Virus record (IMG/VR): IMGVR_UViG_3300046168_000072 | Location: 57,276 to 121,275 of that record | Strand: one strand, 5' to 3' | Source of the DNA: a virus | Length of the DNA: 64,000 nucleotides | Notes under the pieces: generated by a model | Seen by the model: only the letters and a program-made list of their open reading frames with translations | The model's database searches: none | What the model was told of the DNA's origin: nothing | Translations under genes and position numbers: made by a program | Part shown: in pieces, positions 10,157 to 20,507 of the stretch | Layout: every line of letters begins with the position of its first letter | Position numbering within the stretch: the stretch's first letter is position 1

Positions 10157-10507
10157 TTAACGAAGGTGACTTTCGTTTATAATAAAATTGTAATCGCCGC
10201 CTTCTATTTTAGGCCTTGCGTATTTATAGTGCCAACTATTTGAATAGGTTATTTCAGATTCATCAACATTTGCGAAATTAGCACTAAATAATTCAGACCA
10301 ATTATCTCCATCGTTAGAAACGTCTATCTTAAAATCTCCACTTGCTAAATTACCACCAACTGGCACAATTTGATAGCTATGCCAAGAAAAATCTCTTACT
10401 AAAACCGATTCTCCAGTTAAATTTGTGTTGCCGCTTGTCTGAACTGCGAAAGTTCCAGCAGGTATTTCATCTGCTTTACCTATATAACGAATATGTTTAT
10501 TTTTCAT
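10157..10507 (-). CDS. Hypothetical protein, small beta-rich and possibly structural
   Basis: 116-aa ORF heading the structural block, with an FKIDVSNDGDNW motif seen in jelly-roll/F5-8-like domains. Confidence 0.65.
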   Translation of the reverse strand: MKNKHIRYIGKADEIPAGTFAVQTSGNTNLTGESVLVRDFSWHSYQIVPVGGNLASGDFKIDVSNDGDNWSELFSANFANVDESEITYSNSWHYKYARPKIEGGDYNFIINESHLR

Positions 10508-10540
10508 CCTAATGATATATTATTCATTAGGAAATACACT
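10507..10540 (-). promoter_or_regulatory. AGTGTA motif plus 9-bp hairpin abutting the start codon
   Basis: Minus strand reads AAGTGTATT-TCCTAATGA-ataatata-TCATTAGGA-TG, so the 3' arm includes the A of ATG. Confidence 0.55.
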
Positions 10541-10568
10541 TAATTTTAAAGTTTTGGAGCTTTAAATT

Positions 10569-11582
10569 TTAAAAATCGTCCTCTAGATTTCCAGATTGCT
10601 GATATTCTCTCACTCTTCTTTCAAAGAAGTTGCCCATTGCTTGAACGTCTACAACTTCACTTAACCAAGGAAATGGATTTTTATCACTAGGAAAGCGATA
10701 GTCTAAACCAATACCTTCTAATCTTCTATTACCAATATAATGCATATAATCAACAAACATTTCTGCATTTAAACCCAAAATTCCTGTTGGTAACACATCA
10801 TGAGCGTATGCAATCTCAAGCTCAACAGCCTTTTTCATATGTTCAACGAACTCATTTTGTATTTCTTCAGTCCAGATTTCGGGGTTTTGTTCAATTAATG
10901 TATTAATTAAATATGTACCAAATGCAATGTGAGAACTTTCATCTCTTAATGTATATTTAATTTGATCTGACACGCCTTGGAGTTTATTTTGTCTACCAAG
11001 GGCAAGAAGCATAGCAAATCCACTGAAGAAAAATGTACCTTCGCATACAATCCAGTATGTTAAAAAGTTACGAAGGATTTCTTGTTTACCCTCTATGCTT
11101 TGCGGATCAAAATCCTGACGACTAATATCATCAGTGATGCTCATTAGAAAATCGTCTTTCGCTTTAATGCTAGGGATGGTTTCGTAAGCTTTGAATACTT
11201 CGTCTATCTCTAAGTCTAGACTATCGCATACATATACTACGGTAAGATTGTGAAGGCTTTCTTCAAACGCTTGACGCAAAATATACTGACGACACTCAGC
11301 ATCCGTAACGTATCGAAAAGCAGAAAGAAGCAAGTTATTACCAACGAGAGACTCACTTCCCGCAAAAAAGCCAAGGCAACGTTTAACCAAGAGTTTTTCA
11401 TCTTCTGTGATTTCATTGTTTTTCCATTGTTTGATATCTTCTTGCATGCCAATTTCTGTAGGCATCCAGTTGTTCGCACAACTTTTTAAAAATAAATCCC
11501 ATGCGTATTTGTGTTTGTGGGGTAGTATTCTATTTACTCCTGCGATGTTATTACTTAGTAGTTCTCCTGTTTTATCACTCAT
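10569..11582 (-). CDS. nrdB: Ribonucleotide reductase class I beta subunit, class Ic (R2c)-type
   Basis: Ferritin-like metal ligands in GSESLVGNN, EESLH, CEGTFFFSGF and DESSH, and a C-terminal NFFERRVREY. Closely resembles Chlamydia-type R2. Confidence 0.95.
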   Translation of the reverse strand: MSDKTGELLSNNIAGVNRILPHKHKYAWDLFLKSCANNWMPTEIGMQEDIKQWKNNEITEDEKLLVKRCLGFFAGSESLVGNNLLLSAFRYVTDAECRQYILRQAFEESLHNLTVVYVCDSLDLEIDEVFKAYETIPSIKAKDDFLMSITDDISRQDFDPQSIEGKQEILRNFLTYWIVCEGTFFFSGFAMLLALGRQNKLQGVSDQIKYTLRDESSHIAFGTYLINTLIEQNPEIWTEEIQNEFVEHMKKAVELEIAYAHDVLPTGILGLNAEMFVDYMHYIGNRRLEGIGLDYRFPSDKNPFPWLSEVVDVQAMGNFFERRVREYQQSGNLEDDF

Positions 11583-11597
11583 AATATATGTATAACG

Positions 11598-11626
11598 ATA
11601 ATACCACGGAACTAGATCTGTGTCAA
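11598..11626 (-). promoter_or_regulatory. Sigma70-type promoter for nrdB
   Basis: TTGACA-N17-TATTAT with a TG extended -10, 15 nt upstream of ATG. Confidence 0.7.
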
Positions 11627-11633
11627 CTAAATT

Positions 11634-12068
11634 TTATCGCCTTTTACTTGGTATAGCGTAAAAACCAACCACCATAAAGCATAAATCCATGAAAGATGAT
11701 AACATTAAACCGCCTGTCATTTGAACCATCTCCCAATCTTTCGCGCCAAAAACAAAACTAAAAAATCCAAATCTTGCTCCATCTCCTTTAGGAACAATTA
11801 TATCATAACTAATTGTTGGATTGTGTGCATAAAATATCATTAAATAACACATTGTGAATGTGATCGCCATGAATAAAACGCGGCGAGTAACTTTAACGAA
11901 TGGGTCAGAAGCCGTTTCGTTTTGATTTTTGATTAGCGCTTCTAGCATCATATTATCTCTAGCCGCTAAAATCATTTGATCTTGACGTTTTTGCTCTAAC
12001 CAAGCATTAATTAAATTACAGGCCAGCTTAATGCCAGCACCAATGATAGTGTTAATAATAGGACCCAT
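11634..12068 (-). CDS. Membrane protein, putative holin-like
   Basis: 144 aa with an amphipathic N-terminus, a coiled segment, DPFVKVTRR followed by a TM helix, and a C-terminal TM ending GFYAIPSKRR. The layout resembles 3TM phage holins. Confidence 0.5.
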   Translation of the reverse strand: MGPIINTIIGAGIKLACNLINAWLEQKRQDQMILAARDNMMLEALIKNQNETASDPFVKVTRRVLFMAITFTMCYLMIFYAHNPTISYDIIVPKGDGARFGFFSFVFGAKDWEMVQMTGGLMLSSFMDLCFMVVGFYAIPSKRR

Positions 12069-12082
12069 AAATGGGTTTACAC

Positions 12083-13075
12083 TTAATATCCTTCAGATTC
12101 GCTGCAATTTTGCATTTGATCATAGATCCAGGCATATGTTTTTTCAAGACCATCTTCTAATGTAATAGAAGGGGCCCAGCCTAAAACTTCTTTGATCATA
12201 GTGTTGTCGCTATTTCGACCACGAACACCTTGAGGCGCATCAAGATTATAATTTCTTTTTAGTTTAATGCCGCCGATTCCTTCAACAATATCAACAAGTT
12301 GATTGATGGATACCATGCGATCACTTCCAAGATTTAATGGGCGAGAATCACCTTTTTGCCACATCAATTCCATGCCAGTGATACAATCATCAATAAACAT
12401 GAACGAACGAGTTTGCTCACCGTCCCCCCAGATTTCAATTTCATGCTTGCCGCTCATCTTGGCTTCAATAACCTTGCGACAAATTGCAGCAGGAGCTTTT
12501 TCACGACCACCACGCCATGTTCCAAATGGGCCATAGACATTGTGGTAACGACAAGTACGGGAATCGATATTAAAATCTTTTCCGTAATAATAAGTAATCA
12601 ATTCACTAAATAATTTTTCCCAACCATATCCATCATCTGGATTTGCTGGAAATACGTCTGATTCTTTGAGCGCTTGAGATGATTCATCTTTAATCTCAGA
12701 TTGAATTGCAGCTGGATAAACACAAGCAGTAGAGCTATAAAGAACTTCTTTAACGCCGTTATCTCTTGCGGCCATCATCATATGAGTCTGAATTAAAACA
12801 TTTTCCATGCAGAGAGCTTGATTATTTTCGACAAAACCCATGCCGCCCATATTGCAAGCAAGATTATAAATACGATCAACACCAACACTTAAGTTATGGC
12901 AATGATCTTTTTCCTGTAGATTGCAATCTGCATGATTCTCAGCGCCATCAAATGTCTGATACCACATGTCTGAGGGTTTAATATCAGCGGCAACAACTTC
13001 ATGCCCTTGCGCCAATAAATCTTTAACTAAATAACCAGCGATAAAACCGCCTGCTCCTCCAACTAATATTTTCAT
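12083..13075 (-). CDS. GDP-mannose 3,5-epimerase-like NAD-dependent epimerase
   Basis: GAGGFIA Rossmann motif, MGGMGF, YGWEK, GTWRGGREKAPAAICRK, WGDGEQTRSF and GVRGRNSDNT are all characteristic of GME. Confidence 0.85.
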   Translation of the reverse strand: MKILVGGAGGFIAGYLVKDLLAQGHEVVAADIKPSDMWYQTFDGAENHADCNLQEKDHCHNLSVGVDRIYNLACNMGGMGFVENNQALCMENVLIQTHMMMAARDNGVKEVLYSSTACVYPAAIQSEIKDESSQALKESDVFPANPDDGYGWEKLFSELITYYYGKDFNIDSRTCRYHNVYGPFGTWRGGREKAPAAICRKVIEAKMSGKHEIEIWGDGEQTRSFMFIDDCITGMELMWQKGDSRPLNLGSDRMVSINQLVDIVEGIGGIKLKRNYNLDAPQGVRGRNSDNTMIKEVLGWAPSITLEDGLEKTYAWIYDQMQNCSESEGY

Positions 13076-13085
13076 TAATTCTTGA

Positions 13086-13640
13086 TTAATTCTTGACTAA
13101 AACAAATTGATCTTTGAAGAGATTGAATTTAGCAATATCAGCAGTATTGGATCTAAACTCGTCTACAGCTTTAACAACACCAAAATCTAGAGTTTCAATT
13201 TGATACTTACCTTCTTGATAATCATCACCACAAATTGCTCCACCAGTAGAAATTTTAGGCCACCACAAGTTTAAATCTTCTTTTACGAATTCATAACTAT
13301 GATCGCCATCAATATAAACCCAGTCAATTGAACCATCTTCAAAAGAACTAGCAGCTTGAGCGGAAAAGTCTCTGATAATATTCACTCTTTCGTTTCCTGA
13401 AAATTTTGCAACAACGCTATCGTGTATAGCATCCATTTCATCTTGTGGCGCTGCATGCCAACGAGCAGGCACATTAGTGATGCTTTTCCATGGATCGATT
13501 AAATGTAACTTTTTAACTGACTTTTTTAAGATTTCAGATGAAAAATCACCTTTCCATACGCCTATTTCTGCGCAAACAGCATCGTTTTTTATAAAGTTAA
13601 GTGTTTGATTCATGTCATATAAATTATATTGGTAGCTCAT
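13086..13640 (-). CDS. Class I SAM-dependent methyltransferase (Methyltransf_24-like)
   Basis: AEIGVWKGDFS, LIDPW, WVYIDGDHSYE and GGAICGDDY motifs. Start moved to the ATG at 13640. Confidence 0.85.
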   Translation of the reverse strand: MSYQYNLYDMNQTLNFIKNDAVCAEIGVWKGDFSSEILKKSVKKLHLIDPWKSITNVPARWHAAPQDEMDAIHDSVVAKFSGNERVNIIRDFSAQAASSFEDGSIDWVYIDGDHSYEFVKEDLNLWWPKISTGGAICGDDYQEGKYQIETLDFGVVKAVDEFRSNTADIAKFNLFKDQFVLVKN

Positions 13641-13641
13641 T

Positions 13642-14229
13642 TTAAAAATTATAGTTATATTTTTCGATATCTTCTTGGTATATATTATACACAAGTTTTT
13701 TGGTTTCTTCTATGTATAATTGTTGATAATTTTGATTGTTTGTTGAGTTAGTTTTTGGCAAAGGTTTTGAATGCAATTTCAAACGAGATAAAATCGCAGC
13801 ATAATCTTGTTGAATATTTTCAAAGCGACCAATAAGGTCAATCGACTGATCGATAAAATAACCAAACGGTTGAAAGTGGATACCAGATTCAAAAGACCCT
13901 TTTTCTCGTTTCATTAATTTCATAAAATCAGGTATATGATTGACAAATTCACCAAAACTCATTTGATTTGCAGCGTCCGATATAATACTGTTTCTTTTGT
14001 ACCAGCGGTGGCCTTCCTTCAATTTACGAAAATATTTATAAGCCGAAACTATTCGATCATATGGATTACGAACAAAAGTAAATGAAAAATAATCAAGATA
14101 TTCGGAATGATAAGACATCGGAGAATGCCCCGAAAACCCTACGGACTTTAATTCCAATTGCTGATTTATTGAACTGCCCGCGCATTTCGGGATATGCACA
14201 AAAATACATTGTCTATCGTGTGATATCAT
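13642..14229 (-). CDS. Sulfotransferase family 2
   Basis: FVHIPKCAGSS (5'-PSB), FVRNPYDRIVSAY (3'-PB) and GRFEN. Confidence 0.88.
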   Translation of the reverse strand: MISHDRQCIFVHIPKCAGSSINQQLELKSVGFSGHSPMSYHSEYLDYFSFTFVRNPYDRIVSAYKYFRKLKEGHRWYKRNSIISDAANQMSFGEFVNHIPDFMKLMKREKGSFESGIHFQPFGYFIDQSIDLIGRFENIQQDYAAILSRLKLHSKPLPKTNSTNNQNYQQLYIEETKKLVYNIYQEDIEKYNYNF

Positions 14230-14932
14230 TAGTCGGCATACACCATAGTTTTATTACATTTTGGAAGGTCGGGGATATTGAAACCGTCTCGCTTCATGTG
14301 CTCTATTAAATTGTTAGTCATCTTTCCGCAATCTAAGCTTTCTGCTATATTAATATAATTTACGGGACTAGTATATAGATTTTTAATCGGCGCTTCTCTC
14401 ATCAAGGGATATAATTTAGCTAATGGATAATGTTCTTCAAGGACGGGGTTTAAATATAAAGATTCGATAATTTCTTTTTTTATCCATTGTGGCTGGAATA
14501 TCTGATGATGGTTTCTTTTTTGTATTAATTCATAGCCGCTGATATTTTGAGTGATGTTTGAGTACGCTGTTTCAGCATCAGAGTTTTTTGTGAACATAAA
14601 CCCGCCGATCTCTGGAGTATTATGCTGATATAGATCTTGTATAATTTTTTTGTTTTAAAATCAAGAATATATTTATCATCTTGCGCCCACCATATAAATT
14701 CATTAGGCTGAGTTACAGAAAGCAGGGTTCGGATCGTAGGTTTTACGGCACTGTCAGTTTGTAATAGCTTGACTTTATCTGCACCGTATTGATCAACTAA
14801 ATGATCAGGTTTAATATTATTCCATGGAACATAAAAAACAAAAGGATTATCGGGCCAGTGTTTAAAATACGTATATAAAACATATTCCATAACCGGCATA
14901 TTGCGATCAAAGGTAAAACAAATAGCTTTCAT
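14229..14932 (-). CDS. Putative glycosyltransferase-like protein (one gene, frameshifted near 14645)
   Basis: ORFs 14525-14932 and 14229-14597 join across an A-run (...LDFKTKK / IIQDLYQHNTPEIGGFMFTKN...). WAQDD acidic motif. Confidence 0.55.
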
Positions 14933-15597
14933 TTATTAATATTGAATTTTAGCACAGGCTTATCTTTCCATGGATTGATTTGCGCTGGCAAGATGCCGCA
15001 TTTTTCTAAATATTTAGCTATAGCAAGATCTTCGTATATATCATAGTTTCTAATTTCTGAAAGCTCATAAAAATGTTTGAATTTGTTCAATGATTTAGAA
15101 CTAAGGAAATAAGTTGTACCTCCATCAATCCAATCTACATACTTGCCATTATATCTTTTATTGTACCAAGGAGAATCCTCTCTAACTCTTCCTATATGCC
15201 AGCCCCGCTTACCTTCTCCCCGCATTAACTTGAAGCCTGCATAATCAAGTCTACCTAATGAATCTATCAATGCTTGCTCGCGCACCTGATTCCAACGCAT
15301 AAAATCAACATCATCATCTATCTTCCAAAAGTAATCATATTGATTTCCATAATTATTGGTAGCTAAATATTTATAAATGCCAAACATTTTCTCTGGCAAA
15401 TCTTCATATAAATCACGAGATTTAATTTGAATAACATTTTTTTCTAGCTGTTTTTCTTCTTGGCCACCAACAAAGATTAAATAATCACCAAGGTTCCATT
15501 TAGCAACACGAACTTTTATATCTTCAATCCTGTGGATATATTTATGGCAGCACACAAAAACTTTAAATATTTTTCTATAAGAACTTTGCATGGTCAA
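14929..15597 (-). CDS. GT31-like (galactosyltransferase/fringe-like) glycosyltransferase
   Basis: DLYEDLPEK, YFWKIDDD, GGTTYFLS and YEDLAIAKYL motifs. Confidence 0.75.
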   Translation of the reverse strand: MTMQSSYRKIFKVFVCCHKYIHRIEDIKVRVAKWNLGDYLIFVGGQEEKQLEKNVIQIKSRDLYEDLPEKMFGIYKYLATNNYGNQYDYFWKIDDDVDFMRWNQVREQALIDSLGRLDYAGFKLMRGEGKRGWHIGRVREDSPWYNKRYNGKYVDWIDGGTTYFLSSKSLNKFKHFYELSEIRNYDIYEDLAIAKYLEKCGILPAQINPWKDKPVLKFNINK

Positions 15598-15599
15598 TT

Positions 15600-16322
15600 T
15601 TATAGTCGCATTCTAGAAGCCCAAAAAGGAAATTGAGGTCTAAAAGTTTTGCCATTTCCGTCAGCTTCGTTTTGTTTTAAGAGCTCTGCCCCGTATTTTT
15701 TGCATACAACGCTAAAAATAGATTGGTCATGGCGATTCTCTATAAAGCCTTCATGCTGAGAAAGGTTGCTATAGTGGTCAGTAAAAAGATTTCGATCAGA
15801 TTTTAAAGCATTCAAGCAAGTCTGGTAAATCATATTAACATGTTTACAGTTTTTCATAAATGCTATCCCTGCAATGAGCTGAGGTGATAGAAAAATTTCT
15901 GACTCAATACTTACATTAAAAAAATCAAAAATTTGATTGGTTGTCCATGCGTACTCTGGGTATGCTGGTTGGGGATGAACTAATAATCCATAATCAGATT
16001 TATTTATTGTATCAATGTATTCAAAAAATCTTTTTTTCCCTTTTGGGTTTATTGTTGATCCAGAATCTAAATAAAGTAATAAATCATCTTTATCTATTTT
16101 GTCAAGTTTTTGTTTGATAATCTGAGGTTTCCATATCCAATAGCCGCCGCCTTTTTTAGTTGACAATATATTGGCGTATTCTTTTCGAAAATCTTCATAT
16201 AGGTCTTCTGGTCCAAAAGCTTCTACACTGTCAAATTCTCTAAAATCAATTGCTTCTTGTTTAATTCTTTCTTTTGACTTTTTAAATCTGTCGTCGCCAT
16301 AAGTTATAAAGTGTAATTTCAT
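15600..16322 (-). CDS. Putative glycosyltransferase (GT-A-like)
   Basis: GGGYWIWKP, LLYLDSG and ENRHDQS motifs. Start at 16322 by ATGA overlap. Confidence 0.7.
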   Translation of the reverse strand: MKLHFITYGDDRFKKSKERIKQEAIDFREFDSVEAFGPEDLYEDFRKEYANILSTKKGGGYWIWKPQIIKQKLDKIDKDDLLLYLDSGSTINPKGKKRFFEYIDTINKSDYGLLVHPQPAYPEYAWTTNQIFDFFNVSIESEIFLSPQLIAGIAFMKNCKHVNMIYQTCLNALKSDRNLFTDHYSNLSQHEGFIENRHDQSIFSVVCKKYGAELLKQNEADGNGKTFRPQFPFWASRMRL

Positions 16323-16947
16323 ATTAGCCAATGATTAAATTGTTTCATCTTTTGTATTTTGCCTTCTATGGAATTTACACAATTATAATGAACAATAGAT
16401 GGTTCTAGTTTTTTATTGTATTTATACCAACGATACCCATTAGGAAAAGAATCTTGATCAAGCTTATGAACTTTTACATGAGAGTATTTATCTGATTGTA
16501 ATTTAGTGTGAATATAATTTTGATCACTTTGTTCGCCGTCTAAGACAAGCTTCTCACTCGTGTCAAAAAGATCTATTGTTAAAACAGAAGGCTTAACCAT
16601 ATAAAAGCCCGTGCAAAGCCTGCTAAAGTCATTCTGCCCAACAATATCAAAATCATCAAGCAGCCCATATATATATTCTACAGGATCTTTCAGGTAAAAA
16701 ATATCTAAATCAGTGCAAAAAACGGTATAACCTTGTTTTAGTAATTGATGAGTATAGTCTAATTTTTTATATACAGTATCAAGAAACCTTGACTTTGCCA
16801 GTCTCCCGATTTTGTGTCAACATTTATAATTTCGACACTAGAAATAATTGAATCAAAGGACGATATATTGGAACAAAAATTGTCATGAATGGACTTATAT
16901 TTATCATCGCCCGAACTAATCACTGAAATTAATTTTAAGTTGTTCAT
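16319..16947 (-). CDS. Nucleotide-diphospho-sugar transferase (GT77-like), frameshifted near 16780
   Basis: Joined reading ...QGF / DTVYKKLDYTHQLLKQGYTVFCTDLDIFYLKDP...LCTGFYMV...SDQ...FPNG...IVHYN. DxD present. Confidence 0.72.
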
Positions 16948-18328
16948 TAGCAAAAAGGATAAGGCTCATCGAAAGAAACATAATGATATCGCTTTTCATC
17001 CCAAACATAATGATCTACTAGTGTTGACGGACCGTAAGGATATCTCGGATAAAATAAAGGCGCATATATTTTAGTAGCATTAGATAAAAATGCCGCCCAC
17101 CAAGAAAACGTAGAATTTGCAACACATATTTGATCAGAAGAAGATATAAAGCGAAATCATCCCAAGGAGACTCAGAAATAATTTCATGATTATATTTATT
17201 AAATTGAGTAAAGTAAGAATCTTTTGGAGAGTCTGTGACTAAATAGATCTTAGAAGGCTTGGCATGATCAATGCATTTTTTATAAAAAGAAAAAGGTAAT
17301 AGCCAGCCATAATTTTTGAAGTCACCAATTCTGATGTGTATAACTAAATCGTTGTCTTCTGCTTGGGGTGAAGGTTTGCTGAAATTAAGCCACTGCTTGA
17401 TATTTATTTTGTGAGGTTGATAATATTCATATCTTTGAAATTCTCCTTGAACAATCAACTTACAAGGATTATGGTCGACCCCATGAATCCTGTGAGATAA
17501 TTCTTGCGGGCTATGAGCAACATTAAACTCGGGCTGTTTAATTATTTTTCCATTAACTTTTTGTTTTAAGTTTGGAAAATTATGAATATATTTTTCAATA
17601 TCAGCGCCCTTAACTTCGGCATTTAGATGGTAGCCAAAACGTTCAGCCAAAATTCTGCCTATACAATAAGTAAATAAGTGGTTCCCAAACCTACTCCATT
17701 TAGTATATTTTACTTTGACCATTTTTTTATAATTAAGAAATTTTAAATCGTTTGAGTAAACACACTCTAATATATTAAGAGACTCTTTATTTAAAATTTG
17801 ATTTTTATCCCTATTAACGCCTTGATTTTTATGAGGTATATCAGTGGTGACTCCAAATGTAGATAAAATTTTAGGTAGTTCGTCACTAATGTTTTCTAAC
17901 CGAACCAAGTGATCCACAAGAAGAGTGTTTTCAAAATAAAAAGCGTTCCATTGAAGTTGGAAATGTAAATTTATTTTATTGGGGTTAGATTTTTTTGTTA
18001 AGTTTTTTTGTACAAAATCATTGATATCAGAGCATGGATCTATTCGATTTTTTTTAGAAAGATAAAAATAAGCCGAAATGAATTTATCTAAAGGATGTCT
18101 AGATATTCCAAATGTTGTTAAGCTGAGCCATTCTTTGGTATTTAAGTAAATATCGGCAAATTTCATCCATTCTTTTTTGTCGTCTTTTTTGACGACGGCT
18201 CTATCTTTAAGGATGTTTCTGGTGATGCTGGTTTGAGCCGCCTTGTTAATAGGAACATAGGCGAACTGACCAAGTCTATCAAAAATAACAGGATTGGGAA
18301 GCTTGAGGAGATATTCAAATTTATCCAT
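16947..18328 (-). CDS. Sulfotransferase family 2 domain followed in frame by a GT11 alpha-1,2-fucosyltransferase-like domain (fusion or two genes); C-terminal frameshift near 17155
   Basis: N-half has PINKAAQTSI, RHPLDKFISAY and RLEN. C-half has RFGNHLFTY, HIRIGDF and LVTD, and after the shift NSTFSWWAAFLS, ending at TAA 16949-16947. Confidence 0.72.
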
Positions 18329-19118
18329 TTGGGAAAACCTCTAAATGAGCTTTTGATTTTGCAGAATCTTCAGAAAGGCCTTGTGATATTAGATGCCACT
18401 TTTTATTGAAATATGCTTTTCCTAAATGACTTGTAAATTGTTTAGGATTTTTATCGTGATCTAGGTGAAAGCCAATTGTTTGAAGGCAAAATTTAATTGA
18501 TTTACCTAGCCTTGATAATCTCCTAGCTATATCAAAGTCTTCTCCACCCCAACCTTTAAAATTTTCATCTAAACCCCCAACTTCATAGAAATCTTTTCTT
18601 CTGCAGGACCAATTTCCTCCGTGCATTCTTCTTGCAACAGTGTCTTTCCCGTCAAAAAGATAGGGTTTCTCTTTTTTTTCGATAAATCGAGATCTCCTGT
18701 CCTTATTAGATAGAGATCTGATGAATCCAAAATCGCTCTTGATTAAATCTTTAGTCACAAGGTGAACTTTATCCATTGGTATTGAGGGGTAGGAGCCTGC
18801 TACCACATTGTTTTCGAATTGTAAATGAGAATGGATGTGATCTGGAGACCATATAATATCTGAATTACCAAAAATTAATCTATCTCCAGTTGCTAGTTCG
18901 GCACCGCGATTCCAAATATATGCAAGCCTATAACCCTCATTTGGACGGCTGAAATATCGTATCCCTTCTTTCTCTAAATATTCTATTGTACCGTCCGTTG
19001 ATCCATCATCTGCTATAATGATTTCAAAATCTTTTTCTGTTTGATAGCGCAAGCTTTCAATGCTTAGCTCTAATGAAGGTAAGTTATTGTAGGAGGAGAG
19101 GATTATCGAAGCTTTCAT
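18321..19118 (-). CDS. GT2 family glycosyltransferase with GT7C-like C-terminus
   Basis: SIILSSYN, IIADDGSTDGT and GGLDENFKGWGGEDFD. Confidence 0.88.
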   Translation of the reverse strand: MKASIILSSYNNLPSLELSIESLRYQTEKDFEIIIADDGSTDGTIEYLEKEGIRYFSRPNEGYRLAYIWNRGAELATGDRLIFGNSDIIWSPDHIHSHLQFENNVVAGSYPSIPMDKVHLVTKDLIKSDFGFIRSLSNKDRRSRFIEKKEKPYLFDGKDTVARRMHGGNWSCRRKDFYEVGGLDENFKGWGGEDFDIARRLSRLGKSIKFCLQTIGFHLDHDKNPKQFTSHLGKAYFNKKWHLISQGLSEDSAKSKAHLEVFPNG

Positions 19119-19136
19119 TACCCAAATTCATAACAG

Positions 19137-19808
19137 CTAATCATAGCTAATACTATCTCCTTTCTTGTTTTTATTCCATTTTTTGATATTATTTTTTTCG
19201 TTCCATTCTCTACCTATATGATTAAATACGCCGTTAAAATGCACTCGTTTGATGTTTTTAAAATGATCTTTTTGTTGTTTTCGCTTGTTGCAGTGGTAGT
19301 CGATTAGTAGTTGCTCAGGGTCTTGTTTGGTTGAATTAATCGAATAAGGGTAGTAAACTTGATCTATAAAGAACTGCTTACTCCACATAGAAGGGTGAAA
19401 AGAAAATTCAAACAAATGATTGGCGTGAAAACCAATATAATCATAATCACTATCTATCAATTCTTGAATGTTAAAACTGATGTCATGATTTTTATCATCT
19501 TCTAGCCAAAAAACATAACCTCTATCATTGAGATTGTTTATGTTATTGTAACATTGATTTGTGAGTGTGTTTGCGGCTGTAAAAAAACAGGACTTGGGGG
19601 GTTGACTAATAACACAATCAATATTATTAGTTATTGATTTAAAATTTTTGTAAGTTTCGGTCTGGTCGCCAAGCGCAGGGTCAATATTAATAAACCACTT
19701 AGCTTTAATGCCTTGAGAACGCAAATCTTCTGAGAAGCTTAAAAGACATTCGCTGTGCAGCGATGGCCTGCAGATTGCGGTAGTTAATATATAAAGATCG
19801 TAATTCAT
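19137..19808 (-). CDS. Hypothetical protein, glycosyltransferase-like
   Basis: TTAICRP, WFINID and FWLEDD motifs, located in the glycan cluster. Confidence 0.5.
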   Translation of the reverse strand: MNYDLYILTTAICRPSLHSECLLSFSEDLRSQGIKAKWFINIDPALGDQTETYKNFKSITNNIDCVISQPPKSCFFTAANTLTNQCYNNINNLNDRGYVFWLEDDKNHDISFNIQELIDSDYDYIGFHANHLFEFSFHPSMWSKQFFIDQVYYPYSINSTKQDPEQLLIDYHCNKRKQQKDHFKNIKRVHFNGVFNHIGREWNEKNNIKKWNKNKKGDSISYD

Positions 19809-20507
19809 TTAGCCAGACCTCTCATGTGCAATATTTTGCAATTTTTAAATAAAGACCCGTTCGTTTTTAACTCACCATATCTAAGGTTGTAAATTTTTGA
19901 ATCTAGCTCAAAAATAGAAACATTATCTACGCACTCTTTGAGGTTTTTGAATTTTGGTTTTGCTTTTTTATATTTGAACCGTAATAAATTATTAAATGCT
20001 CCTTGGTCGCAAATCTTCTCAATTCCTTTTTTTTTCATCTTTTTTACAGAATCAAACCAATGACTGATGAAGACGGAGGTGTCTTCTAGGTAAGTATTGA
20101 ATCCAAAAACACCTGTATTGTAAGCTGTTGGATGAATGAATTCTCGGGCGCAAGCAAAATTATTGTAGTTTAAAAAATCGAATAACTCAGAAATGTCACC
20201 TTTAATTTCAGTATCAGTATCAATGAAGAAAGTTTTATCATAAGGAGATCGAGAAATGCACTCGACTTTTGGTAAAAGACCAACATCATTTTTCTGGTAA
20301 ATAATGTTAGTTCCATCAAACTTTTTATCTAGCAATTCTTGGTAATCCCGTGAAAACGGTAATAGGCAGTGTTGGGTTATGCTTTTTTAAAGAACGAAAA
20401 GAATGCATGAGCTCTTTTAAAATCCTCTTTTTGTTTGGGTTAAATTTTTGTTTAGCTGGAGAAGAAAGGGGGTCAAAAGCTCCATAAATTATGCCACAGT
20501 CTTTCAT
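19805..20507 (-). CDS. Putative GT-A nucleotide-diphospho-sugar transferase, frameshifted near 20335
   Basis: SLKKHNP, SPYDKTFFIDTDT, YNTGV, DQGAFN and IYNLR. Paralogue of 21406-22245. Confidence 0.7.
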
